Shown here: piece by piece, positions 27,249-38,221 of the stretch | Position numbering within the stretch: position 1 is the first letter of the stretch | Layout of the letters: every line of letters begins with the position of its first letter | NCBI GenBank assembly: GCA_031835245.2 | Contig: JAVKOQ020000094.1 | Span: 62,001 to 126,000, forward strand | From: Balamuthia mandrillaris | Taxonomy: Eukaryota | Length of the DNA: 64,000 bases | Direction of reading: 5' to 3' | Program-made: the position numbers and the translations under genes | The notes under the pieces: model-generated | The model's database searches: none | Told to the model about the DNA's origin: nothing | What the model saw: the letters and a program-made list of their open reading frames with translations, nothing else

Positions 27249-30053
27249 TGTGATAAGGCTGGTAGGAGAACAACCTAATGGACACCAACTTGATGGGTGT
27301 AGGGAAAAGACCTTTAATAGAATGCAAGAAAGAGATAATATACAAGGAGAGATAGGGACAGGTATTATGGGAAAGTAGTATAACACTTCATCAGCAAGCT
27401 CTCTATCTTCGTCATTATGCAGGATGAATTGTTTGATGTGGTTGAGGTTTACCACTTTATCCATTTCAGGACCAGCAATATTCTGCACCTTGATTGTCTG
27501 TGAAGAACAAATTTGGATAATCTTGTGAGGTCCTTTCCAACTATGTTGAAGTTTCTTTGACTCGCCTATTGATGTGGTGTTGGAGTGATTGAGAACCAGG
27601 TCACCAACCTTAAACTCTACCTTCAACTTGCCATGCCACTTCTCCATCTTCTCTTTTTGGGTGTTGTCTACTCTGCAGGCTTCTTCTGCAAGTTCATGCT
27701 GTGTTTCCTGCAGTTGCCTTACCCATGAATCGTCAGACAGATGGGTAGTGTCCACCAAACCAGTATCATTGGACTTCCTCCCAAACCTAAGCTCATAAGG
27801 GGTAAATAGTCATCCTGGCAGTGGTGTATGGCAATAAGAATAAAGTAGCATTGGAAGGTACACACTCCAGGCTTGTTGTCTGCCATCCTTGAATTTTTGG
27901 AGTTAAAAGGTGTAGTTGTATCATTTAACCATGCCATTTCCTTGGGAATGTTCTGCTGTGATGTATTTATGCTTGATGCCAAGAAGATTCAAAAGCTCAG
28001 TGTAGCATATGTTAATGAATTCTCTTCCTTGACCAGACAGAAGCTCCTTCGAGAGGTCTGTGCTTGTGAAGATCTCAAGTAAGGCCTTTGCCATTTCCTT
28101 TGCTTGTTTTGAGTTCAATGGACAGATGTCTAGCCAATGCATGAAGGCATTGATAATGACCAAGGCATATCAGTACTCTTCAGCCATCAAGGGCAACCCA
28201 CCAATCAGGTCCATGCAGACCTGTTGGATACTCCAAATTCTCTCACCCCTTTTTATTTTCCCTTTATTTATCCCTTGCGACACACTCAAAGCACACACTT
28301 TGGTCCACACCTCTAATAAACCCAGAGTTGCTTACATGCCGTCCCTTTCTTAATCCGCAGGGTTTGGTATTCCCCATCAACAGACCAACTCTCCTGGCTT
28401 GTTTGCCACATCATTCCCTGGTTGGTGGGTAACTCAGATGTGCCTGAATTCCTGCAGCTTAGCAATCCACCTTACCAACTTACCTGAAGGGTTTTTCTGG
28501 GAGAACATTGCAGCATCAAGGTGGTCAATAATGACACATTCTGCTTACTGAAAAATGTAATGTCTCTAATGCTGCAAGAAGAAGACAACAGCATAAGCCT
28601 CCTTCTCAGTAGCACTCTAATTGAGCTGCAAACTGGTAAGCATCTTGCTACTGTAGGCTACAACATGGTATAACTCATCCTCTCCTTTCTGCTCCAGAGT
28701 TCCCCCAATGGGGGTATAATCTGTTAGGACTATCTTGTGGGAAGGAAGTTTGATACTTCCTGGCTCAGGAAGCTTGTAGCAAAAGACGTCCTTGAATTCA
28801 AGGGCCAGCTCTAGAAGCCATGCTTTCTGCCCAACATCCAGGTCTGTGTCGTTCAAGAGCTCTTTCAAGCCTGTCATTATGTCTTCCTTGGTAGGAAGCT
28901 CCACCAGATAATATCCATGATGTCTTGAGTCTCCTTTGTGACTGAGGTGCACACTCAGTTGTTATCAGAGTCGCAAGATGAACCTTCCACAGGTAGTGAG
29001 AAGCAACCAGTGTCATTGTGCTTCCAAAATGTCCGAGCTGAGAAGATGAGAAATAATCGGATCATCCTCTGCCAAGATAGCAACATTTGCCTTGATGTTC
29101 TTGTGATTAGGCATCTGAAAACAAAGAGTGATGTAACAATCCTGTCTTTCCACCAGCACTGTCCTTCCAGGCTGGTGCCTGGCTTTGGGTTCCAGACTTG
29201 CCTTTTGTGTCCTGCAAAGCACCATCAAAAGTGTCCTTCTTCTTGCTTTGGTCAACATGTTTCTTTTCTGAGCACTCTCTTGTCCCGTGTTCTCTTGACT
29301 TGCAGTTGTAGCAAAAGGGTCGCTTTTTCCTTCCATCTTTGTTTGAACTGCTGTCATTGTTGTTCTTCTCGTGCCTTGAGCTCTTTGACCTATTTCCATC
29401 CTTCCTAGTCTCTAGTGAGTTCAGGGAATCAGCCATATTAGTGAAGTCTTCCTGCTGAAGGAATTTCTCCTTCAGGTCCAGAACATCACCTGCAACAAAC
29501 TTCTCCAAGACCTGAGTCTTGCTGCAATCTGTAAGGAAAGCCTCTTGCAGCACTGTATACACTCACAAGTTCCAGGCGTCTACAGACTCATCAACATTCA
29601 TCCAGAGGTTCCCAAGCTTTATGATCTTAGCAGTTGCTCAGTCACAATGCTGAAAGCAGTTGAAGAGCTGTGTTTTCGCCTCTGTGGGGGTTAGTAGGAC
29701 TCCACCTTTCAGTCATTCTTGCTCAAGGAAGCAGCAAATGACGTCAGTGTTGTCACAAAGGAGTTGTACCAGACTGCAGCGAAGTTTCTGACATTTTATA
29801 TCACTAAACACTACTATGGAAGTGCTCCAAGTTTCCTCCGAAAACCCCTAGTATCCAAAAATAGATTAATTACCTGAAAACCGAACTTGTCAAGACAAAA
29901 TGAAGCCAATTTCGCCAAGTGTGATAAGGCTGGTAAGGAAACAACCTAACAGACACCAACTCAATGGGCATAGGGAAAAGACCTTTAATAGAATGAAAGA
30001 AAGAGATATATACAAGGAGAGATAGAGATAGGTATTATGGGAAATATATAACA
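27249..30053 (-). mobile_element. Degenerate, internally deleted Ty3/gypsy LTR retrotransposon with short (about 135 bp) LTRs
   Basis: Direct repeats TGTGATAAGGCTGGTA...TATAACA at 27249-27385 and 29920-30053; PBS-like TGGCGAAATT next to the 5' LTR; gag knuckle CYNCKSREHGTREC; RNase H VVAYSSK...ATEKEAYAVV; integrase GQGREF, HSQGNGMV, KKLQHSWKGP; many stops. Confidence 0.88.
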
Positions 30054-30359
30054 CTTCCTCCTCTCAGGCCAAACAAAGTCATCTGTGATTGGTATAACAA
30101 CACTCCTTTTTGATTATTTGCCCCTTTCTTTTGTTTCTGCATTAATCTGACATAGTTTGCTGTTTGCTCTAACTTTCACTTGATATCTCTTACAAGACTT
30201 CTGATAAGCTCATTAGAGAAGAAAAACAGGCAGAAAATACCACCCTGGAAACCCAGATAATGAAAGTTGAGGAGGGTAGAAGAAGTTAAAAGAGTTAAAT
30301 TCCACCTTACAACAAACAGTCTCTCAACTCTATCACTTTCTCCAATGAAATGCCTGGTC

Positions 30360-30470
30360 CTAATTAGGACCCCATTTGTGTGCTAACAACAATTAATGGA
30401 CATCATATCACTGCAGTCATTGACTCTGGTGCCAGCCACTCCTTTATGGACCCATCTATTATAAAGTCTT
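30360..30470 (+). mobile_element. Retroelement aspartic protease remnant interrupted by the LINE insertion
   Basis: TINGHHITAVIDSGASHSFMDPSII, a D[ST]G motif in retropepsin context. Confidence 0.7.
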
Positions 30471-30475
30471 GAAAA

Positions 30476-31831
30476 ATGCGGAAAAATAGGACTCTGCCAC
30501 GCAAGAGCACTGAATTGATTGACAGTCAGGAGAGGGAACAGGTCCTACGTCGATGGGTGGATCTGGCCATGAAGGAACGTCTTAGACTGGGGACCCTAAA
30601 CGGTAATCGTTCGTGGAAGCCCGCTTTGCAAGCTGTGCAAAAAGAGACAAAGATCCCCGAGTGTTTTGTCAAAGGGGACAAGCTAAATCAGTTTCTGGAG
30701 GAAGCGTTCAAGTTTGCGGTGGAAAAGTATGGGCACCTGAACACTACCACAGTCAAGATTCCTTCTCCCAGGGTGAACCAAAAGGAGGAGGACGACAGAG
30801 GGGCAGAGGATCAGTGTAACTCGGTAGCGGATTCGCCCCGCCGAGAGGAAGGGACAAGTGTTGTGCCCAAGGGGAAGATTGATTCGGACTCAGTCAGTGC
30901 AGACGGCGTTAAGGAGCGAACCAATAGTCAAGTGGCGCTGCTGTTTGATTGTATTAGCCGTGTTTCTCACGAGTGTGGTAAGCTCTCCGAGGCAGGCGTA
31001 CTCTCACTCGCAGTGATTATACGATTCAGGGACCTGATTGAATCCCTCGACAAGGAGATCAATAATCTTATGGTGGAAAAAGGAAGTGCAAATAGTACCA
31101 AAGGCGGCCTTACTCTGGGTTCCCAACGGTCTTACGCGGAGGTGGTCGGATCAGCTCCGCGGTGTGATATGATTACTGCGGAAAGGAATTTCCCTCCAAC
31201 GGCAACTACGGTCAGCGCGCCAAGCTTGGAATACTGGAAGGAAGAAATGGCAAAGGAACAAGGGATATGTTGGCAGGATAACTCCAACATATACAGGAGG
31301 ACGTGGACCAAAGATACAGTAACCGACCCGAACTATTGGTCTACAGTAAAACCAAAGTATGGCTTTGCCAGTCCCTACTCCAAGGTAGGGGCGGTGGAGG
31401 GCAGATCGATTGTGGTGAGCGGTAAGGACCTTAAGAAGGAAAAGGTAAGTGAGAGGATCTTCGAGCTGGGGCTCAAGCACGTCGGAGTGTGGAAAGTAGG
31501 AGAGAAGAATGGCACGCAGCATTGGGGAGTTACTTTGGAGACGGCCCAGGCTGCCGAAGACATTATTGCGGAAAGAGCCAGGCTGTATGCTTTTACCCGC
31601 TGGTGGGTGGGCAAAGCCCGAATTGAAGAAGCCAAGAATGAAGGTAACCCGCTGTGGAAGCCTAAAGAGCAAAGAAAGATGGAGAAGAAGAAGGAAAAGG
31701 AGGAGAATGTTGGAACAGTGGCCTTGGACAGCTCTTTGGAACTCTCAAGCATCGCGCTGGCTGAGGAGGAGTATCATGGTGCTGCCAACTGGTCTGACAT
31801 TGTGGAGGAGGAAGGAGAGGAGCCCCAATGA
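30476..31831 (+). CDS. LINE ORF1 protein (451 aa): predicted coiled coil and RRM-like region, no CCHC knuckle
   Basis: Lies upstream of ORF2; conserved in the second copy; SYAEVV motif common in LINE ORF1s. Confidence 0.85.
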   Translation: MRKNRTLPRKSTELIDSQEREQVLRRWVDLAMKERLRLGTLNGNRSWKPALQAVQKETKIPECFVKGDKLNQFLEEAFKFAVEKYGHLNTTTVKIPSPRVNQKEEDDRGAEDQCNSVADSPRREEGTSVVPKGKIDSDSVSADGVKERTNSQVALLFDCISRVSHECGKLSEAGVLSLAVIIRFRDLIESLDKEINNLMVEKGSANSTKGGLTLGSQRSYAEVVGSAPRCDMITAERNFPPTATTVSAPSLEYWKEEMAKEQGICWQDNSNIYRRTWTKDTVTDPNYWSTVKPKYGFASPYSKVGAVEGRSIVVSGKDLKKEKVSERIFELGLKHVGVWKVGEKNGTQHWGVTLETAQAAEDIIAERARLYAFTRWWVGKARIEEAKNEGNPLWKPKEQRKMEKKKEKEENVGTVALDSSLELSSIALAEEEYHGAANWSDIVEEEGEEPQ

Positions 31832-34800
31832 CTTCAGTAGCGTTTGTCAACTCTAGGGGCTGGGGACAAGAGGAATTGGTCAGCTGTTGGGCTGACAGTA
31901 AGCAATTTGACATTATTGGAGTGTGCGAACATAGGAGGATGGTTGCCCCTCGATTGGAGGGGTATCGGTGGATGGGTGGAGGGGCTGCGCCAGGGAGGAG
32001 TGGCTATGGAAGGGGTGGCGCAGGTTTCTTTGTTCGAGAGGGCTTCAAGGGGAACATCGGAGAAAGGAAAGAGTGGCGAACACCCAACTCCACTTGGGTG
32101 GAACTGGCGGGACAGGGTTGCATCTTTATAATCGGTATAGTGTATCTCCCTCCAGGAGGTACCGTGGACAACTTTAAGGTCACCTTGGCTGCGATTGAGA
32201 AAAGAATCCTGGACGTGGTCAAGGAAGGAAGACCCCTGATTATTGGAGGTGATTGGAACGCCAGGGTTGGAAAGGGATGTAATGGTAGAGGTGAATCTAC
32301 TTACAACACGAGAGGAAAGGTGTTGGTGGAGGCTTTCAAAAGGCTGGCCCTCTCGTTGCCTCAGCTCGAAGAGGAAGCGCCAGTATTTACATGGAGAGCT
32401 GGAAAACGAAAGAGCATTGTGGACTATGTGGTAGCATGGAGATGGACGGGCAAGGTAGTTGGTGACAGATGGCAAGCTTGGACCGATCATCGACCACTGG
32501 TAGTCGAGTTGAAGGACCCAGCAGATAATTGTGGCGGGGGTTGGATGGAACGATGGAAGTGGAAGTCCTACTCGGAGGAAGATCGCAAGAGGAGGTGGAG
32601 GGAGTACAAACGCGGGTGCAAGCGTTTCTTCAAAGGAGAGGAATGGAAGGCCATGGTCAAGAAAACACGGGAGGGAACAGCTACTGTTGAAGATCTTTGG
32701 AGCAAGTGGAAAAAAGGATTGTGGGATTGTGCAATGAGATGGTTTGGTAGTGAAAGGAGACTGATAGGAGCAACAACGAGCAGGGCAAGGAAGCCATGGT
32801 GGACAGCAGAGTTAACATCCTTGAACAAGCAGGTAGTGATAGCCCATGCTCAGTGGCTAAGAGAAGGAAAGAATGATGGAAAGGCCAGAGAGGAATTTGT
32901 GGAACTCAGGAAAAGGTTTGTGAAGTTGTGGAGAGCCAACAAATGGGACTGGATGAAGTGGAAAAGACAAGAGAACATCAAGGAAATGCAGAAATGGATC
33001 GGCAACATGTGGAGGATAGTGGCAAAGCGTAGAGCAGAGCCCAAAGCAGTTAGGGAGCCCCACGGTAGCACGGCAGCCTTCAAGGAACATTGGGCAAAGC
33101 TGGGAAGGAAGGATTCTTCCATTGGGAGCTTGCATCGAGAGGAAGCAGGTCCAGAAGGACTGCCTTGGTCTGGTAGTAACTGGCTTAAGAAGGAGAGTTT
33201 TAATCTTGCATGGAGGAAAAGATTGAGGGTGGGCAAAGCAGCGGGGGTGGACAATATTGATGGGGAAATGATGAAGTATGGAGGCAAACATGTGCAAGAT
33301 GCAACTTGGACGCTGATCAAGGTCATTGAGAACCAAGGCATATTCCCCAAGGAGTGGAAACAGGGGGTGGTTATTCCCTTGCATAAGACAGGAGATCCCC
33401 AGAATCCAGCAAACTATAGAGGTATTACTCTCCTATGCAATGCAGCCAAGGTGTTCGAAGGAGCTATCTTGGTACAATTGAACATACAAGCAAGAGAGCA
33501 AGGGTGGATAAGTAATTGCCAGGGTGGATTTAGAAAAGGAAGGGGAGTCATGGATCAGGTGTGGCGGTTGAAGAAATGCCTGATGAAGAGAAGCAAAGAA
33601 CGTACCTATATTGCTCTGTTGGATATCAGCAAGGCATATGACATGCTTGACCATGACATACTGGCAAGGACATTACGCAAAAGAGGAGCAGAAGAGGCAG
33701 CAGTGGGTATCATTACAGAGTGGTACCATGGTATGACGAGTGTTATTCGCATGAATGGGCAGCTTTCAGAGGAATTTCTGGTGGAAAGAGGAGTTAAGCA
33801 AGGAGGAGTTTTGTCTCCATTCTTGTTCAATGTATACATTGATGTGGTGGCAAGAAAGCTACAAGCTGCAGAGGAGAAGGAAAGAGGAGATAAAGCAAGG
33901 AATGTTTGCTTGTTGTTTGCAGATGACTTGGCAGTGGTGGCCAGCGACCCATTTGCGCTTCAGAGAAGATTGAATGTAGCAGTGGAGGCAGTGAATGCTC
34001 TGGGACTTCAGTTCAATGCAAAGAAATCAGTGGTGCTAGTACAAGGAAAGAAGGCTCATTTTCAAGAGTGGAGACTGAAGGGGGAGGCTGTGAAACGGGT
34101 GAAGGAGGCCAAGTACCTGGGACGGTGGTTTGAAGAAAGTGGGGAATGGACAACTCATGCCAAGGAGAGGATCACCAAGGCCAAGCAAGCCCTCTACAGC
34201 CTTAGGCAGCGGGGAGCCATTGCCCAAGGCCTTGGTACACGCACTGCCCAGATTGCTGCAGAGGCTATTGTCAAGTCTACCTTGTCATATGGATTATGTA
34301 TGACAGAGCTTTCCAAATCATGGTGGAAGAAGATCGAAGCAGGGTGGAATGAGACAGCAAGAAGTGTATTGCAAGTTCATCGAAGGACTGTGGCGGGGGT
34401 TTGTAGAGCAGAATTGGGCTGGTTGACCATCAAGGCCTACTGTGAGTTGGAAAGACAAGCAGTAATTCATCATGCTGAGAGGCAAGATGGCCACTTTGAG
34501 CTACTTGAAGAGGTAAGCCAAGCAAGTGAAGAGGAAGGGGAGAAGAATGAAGGGGAGGGAGGTGACGGAACGACAGTTGTTGAAAAGAAAGCCAAGAGGA
34601 TGAGGGCCTTAACTCGAGTAGCCAAGATGGAGTATGCAGCTGAAGGAGAAAGAGGAACAAGAGCATGGCTATGGCATAACTTCTTGACAAATGGAAGATG
34701 TTTGGTTGGACAACAACGGAGCTTAGTGATTACCAACCCAAGGAAAGAACGTTTGATGAATGCTATTCGCTGTGGTGGCCTGCCTATTGGAAAAAAGTGG

Positions 34801-35133
34801 GGATCCATTCAGCAGTCTGAGGTGGATAGCAAGTGCCCTGCATGTGATGCTGAGGAAGAAACAGCAGAACACTTCCTGTTAAGGTGTCCTAACCTTTGGG
34901 AAGATCGCTTTAGAATCTGGAGTGTGGACAATGGAAGAGAAGAACAAGTCAGAAAGCTGATTATTGAAGACTGTACAACAAAGCTCCTGTCAAGTGGAAA
35001 GAAATGTAACAGAGCTCAAGAGATGGAACAATGTAAGCAAAGTTGTAAACGAGTCTGGAGATTATGGGCAGCAAGAGCAAGTTGGAAGCATGGAAGTCCT
35101 TCTGCATTTTATCAGTCTTTGGAAGTAATGTAA
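31828..35133 (+). CDS. LINE ORF2 (1101 aa): AP endonuclease + reverse transcriptase + CCHC zinc finger
   Basis: APE residues N(VNSRG), E(VCEH), Y(VYLPP), GDWN, IVDY, TDH; RT KAAGVDNI, NYRGITLL, QGGFRKGR, DISKAYD, GVKQGGVLSP, LFADD, KYLG; CPACDAEEETAEHFLLRC. Confidence 0.97.
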   Translation: MTSVAFVNSRGWGQEELVSCWADSKQFDIIGVCEHRRMVAPRLEGYRWMGGGAAPGRSGYGRGGAGFFVREGFKGNIGERKEWRTPNSTWVELAGQGCIFIIGIVYLPPGGTVDNFKVTLAAIEKRILDVVKEGRPLIIGGDWNARVGKGCNGRGESTYNTRGKVLVEAFKRLALSLPQLEEEAPVFTWRAGKRKSIVDYVVAWRWTGKVVGDRWQAWTDHRPLVVELKDPADNCGGGWMERWKWKSYSEEDRKRRWREYKRGCKRFFKGEEWKAMVKKTREGTATVEDLWSKWKKGLWDCAMRWFGSERRLIGATTSRARKPWWTAELTSLNKQVVIAHAQWLREGKNDGKAREEFVELRKRFVKLWRANKWDWMKWKRQENIKEMQKWIGNMWRIVAKRRAEPKAVREPHGSTAAFKEHWAKLGRKDSSIGSLHREEAGPEGLPWSGSNWLKKESFNLAWRKRLRVGKAAGVDNIDGEMMKYGGKHVQDATWTLIKVIENQGIFPKEWKQGVVIPLHKTGDPQNPANYRGITLLCNAAKVFEGAILVQLNIQAREQGWISNCQGGFRKGRGVMDQVWRLKKCLMKRSKERTYIALLDISKAYDMLDHDILARTLRKRGAEEAAVGIITEWYHGMTSVIRMNGQLSEEFLVERGVKQGGVLSPFLFNVYIDVVARKLQAAEEKERGDKARNVCLLFADDLAVVASDPFALQRRLNVAVEAVNALGLQFNAKKSVVLVQGKKAHFQEWRLKGEAVKRVKEAKYLGRWFEESGEWTTHAKERITKAKQALYSLRQRGAIAQGLGTRTAQIAAEAIVKSTLSYGLCMTELSKSWWKKIEAGWNETARSVLQVHRRTVAGVCRAELGWLTIKAYCELERQAVIHHAERQDGHFELLEEVSQASEEEGEKNEGEGGDGTTVVEKKAKRMRALTRVAKMEYAAEGERGTRAWLWHNFLTNGRCLVGQQRSLVITNPRKERLMNAIRCGGLPIGKKWGSIQQSEVDSKCPACDAEEETAEHFLLRCPNLWEDRFRIWSVDNGREEQVRKLIIEDCTTKLLSSGKKCNRAQEMEQCKQSCKRVWRLWAARASWKHGSPSAFYQSLEVM

Positions 35134-35419
35134 GCAAGGAAAAGAGGAAAAAGGAAAGGGAAAGAAAAGGATAGCTAGATGATACAAAGTTGGTCTGAAA
35201 TCTCATTCAACACCTTTCACTTGTGAATTGAGTAACAATTGGGAAGGCATTGAGGATGAGGGAGTAAGAAAAGTAAGAGTACACTATGTATGTACAAGGC
35301 TTACTTTTTATGTATAGATTGGTGTTGCTCTCAGAGCAAATAAACTTTTTATTACTACTACTATTATACAAAGCAAGTTTAAAAGCTTAATTAATCCCTT
35401 TTTACTAGTTCTAGAAAAC

Positions 35420-35533
35420 AATGAGGAAAGGATTGGCATGAGAAAGTAAGAATACAAATATACTAAGTATACAATGTTTGGCTTTTATAGGTTTGGTGTT
35501 GCCCTTAGAGCAAATAAACTTCTTATTACTACT
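35420..35533 (+). mobile_element. Diverged 3'-end fragment of a related LINE
   Basis: Resembles the LINE 3' UTR end: TTGGTGTTGCCCTTAGAGCAAATAAACTTCTTATTACTACT. Confidence 0.75.
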
Positions 35534-35674
35534 TTGAGTACAAAGAAAGCAGTATTTGATAATTGAAAATAGTTATTACAAATAAGGATGGAAAATAAAT
35601 CACACATAAACATGGTCAAAACATATTTTTAAGCCAAAAATCAAGTACCAAGGAGCAGAAAGTGTTGTGAAGGA

Positions 35675-38053
35675 TTATTTTTTTGTGTGCATAAAAACAA
35701 TATTTTCTAAGCTAACATTTTGAGTAATAGCACTTTGAATAGCTTTGGCAAAAACTTTATCTTTCTTGGCAACCAAGGAAGTGACAGTGCCAACACCACC
35801 AGCCCTTGCAGTCCTGCCAACTCGGTGAAGGTAGTCAATTGGGTTGGACGGAAAGTCAAACATAATCACATGTTGGACCTGTTGTTTGTTAATTAAAGTT
35901 AAAACACTTAGAGGAACCACAAGGATGGTAAACCAACCTTCCGTGTGTCAAGGCCACGAGATCCAATATCAGTGCATACAAGTATTTGAGCATCACCATC
36001 AACAAACCGGCCAAACTCCTCTGCTCGTTTCTTTGGAGGAATTCCGCTATGGTAATTTGCTGTGTTGAATCCCTGTTCAGACAAAAAATGCTCTGTAGAG
36101 CGTGCACTGGCAATGGTATTACAAAATACCAGTGTTGGAACCTTTCCCTCTTTATGCAGTGCGGTTACTAGTGCTTCTAAGTATGGTAATAAAATCCCAA
36201 CAGTATGTGTAAGAATGACAACTGGCTTAGACATTAGTATCTCTTACCTTGTTTGTTCTGCCCAACAGGAACAAAGCGTTGATTCAAGTTGGTCACTGGC
36301 TTATGGAGACCAGCAATTGTTTTTTGTTGAGCCCACTTGAAAGAGAAAAAATTAAAATGTATAAAGAAAGCAGACCCAAAGATAAAGGAATATTACAAAC
36401 CGGAAAAAGTGTCATTATTGTTTTTGCTAAGTGGGGTGTAAGGGTAGCAGTTGCTAGAATGAACTGGACTGCATCGCCACTTGAAGCCATGCGTTTTTTG
36501 ATTGGCACAAGGATGTTATCAAGTTCTTCATCAAAGCCTTTACCAAACATAGTGTCTGCCTCGTCTATAGCTACATACTTAACGTCAGATAAGAAAGCTG
36601 AACCTGCAATATTTTAGTTAGCAGCAAAGAAACATAAAAGCAAAAATAATAACAATCATAATAATCATAACAAGCAATTACCTGCTTCTAAGTGTTTAAG
36701 CAAGCACCCAGGAGTAGTGATAAGTATGTCAACGGGCTGATCAAAAGTAATAATGTGAGAAAATCCACAAACGTGAACATTCCCACAAAGGAAAGTGGCG
36801 CTCAGGTATAAGAACCTTTGCTTACCTGTTCGAGTTCTGTCAACTGGCGGGCTCGTTTGTGAGAAGAACTTAGATATCGCACTCTTGCTTTGCAGTGATG
36901 ACTTAGCGGCTTGGCCACTTGCTGTTTATTGTTGGGGCAAAATGAGCAAGCTAGTGGAAGAACCAGAGTCTAGAGGGCAGAGATGTATTATTACCAGAAC
37001 CTGTTGCGCAAGCTCGCGTGTTGGCAAAAGAACCACGGCGCGGGGTCGCTGCACGCGAGGCGCTGCCTTCTCTCCTGCAAGGGCCAGTTTTTTTTCGTCT
37101 GCAGATAAAAGCTGAAAGATAGGCAGAAGATATGCCAATGTCTTGCCAGTGCCGGTCTGGGCTGCTAAAAGAATGTCTTTGCGCTTTAGGGCATCCGGTA
37201 TCGTTTCTGTCTGCCATAACCAAGTTAGAAATGACATGTAGAAAGGTGTGAGTGTGCTAGGGAGGTACCTGCACGTTGGTTGGAGTGCGGAGGTAGAGTT
37301 CATCGAGGGCCTGTAATAATTCTTTGCAAAGTCCAAGTGCTTTCCACGTCTTTCGTTCCTGAGGGCGAGAAGAAGCGGGTGAAGCACCTTTCTTGAGGTT
37401 GGTAGCAGCCTTGCGGGAGGAGGCACGGCTGCTGTTTGTGGAAGAAGTCGTGGTACTGTCACTCGCTTCATTTATTAGGGAGGGAGACGACAAGGGGGCT
37501 GCTTGTTCGGAGGTGCGAAGCATATCTGAGGCCTTTCGGAAGGATGGTTGGCTGCTAGCGGGTACTACAGCTCGCGTTAGGCTCTTCTTCACCAGCTCGT
37601 TTAAGCGCTTTTCCCCCTCCAACTTTCGTTTTCTGACAGTGTTGTTTGGTCTCTTCCATGGTCTTGCCACCCGTTGCGAGATAGAAAGATTCTGCAAACA
37701 AAAGCAACCACGAGGAGGTCCTCACTCAGTATTCGCTCTGTAACATCCAGTCCCAAGAATGGGTGGGTACATGCGATGAAGAGAAGGAGGCAAACCTGCG
37801 ATACTATATTGCGCAATTGCAGTTGGGCAGCGTGTTGTGGAAGGTAGGCTACCTCTGAGCGAGTTGCAGTGCGACTCTTAAGAAGAAGCGGCAGCGGTCC
37901 TCCAAAGAGGAACCGCCGCTGCACGAGGTTGTTGATTTCTACAGTGGCTGGAGGAGGAACGTTGTGGAAGAATGAGAGGGTCAACCTTCTGGCGTTGTGG
38001 CCAACCACCAAGACAGGCAGGCCCATGCCAAAAGGGAACCCGCCACGCTGCAT
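35675..38053 (-). CDS. DEAD-box RNA helicase, probably organellar (DDX28/RH50-like), multi-exon
   Basis: AQTGTGKTLAYLLP, LPTRELAQQV, TPG, DEAD, TAT, RGLD, HRVGRTAR; Arg-rich N-terminus. Confidence 0.88.
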
Positions 38054-38221
38054 TATTTTTGTGCGCGCGCTGCTGGCTTCTCGCTTCTTGGCTGTTGGAT
38101 GGTTGGCTGCTAGGACTTGCCTACGATCCCAACATGGGCACACCTCATAGCATCATAGGAAATCACTAGCTAGTAGGTTGTGCAGCCAAAACAACGGAAG
38201 AAGAGCAGAGAAAGAAGAAGG

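Larger units (their letters stand above)
30471..35361 (+). mobile_element. Intact non-LTR retrotransposon (LINE, APE-type) with two ORFs and a (TAC)n tail
   Basis: ORF1 and ORF2 are uninterrupted; about 230-nt 3' UTR with AATAAA ends in TTATTACTACTAC. Confidence 0.97.

Noticed and set aside
27290..27310. LTR segment GATGGGTGTAGGGAAAAG resembles the LINE 5' end GAGGGGTGTAGGAAAA
   Set aside because: Short, purine-rich and not conserved in the other LTR; likely chance
32438..35014. LINE deletion as a spliced-out intron
   Set aside because: The segment ends in AG but starts GG, not GT or GC
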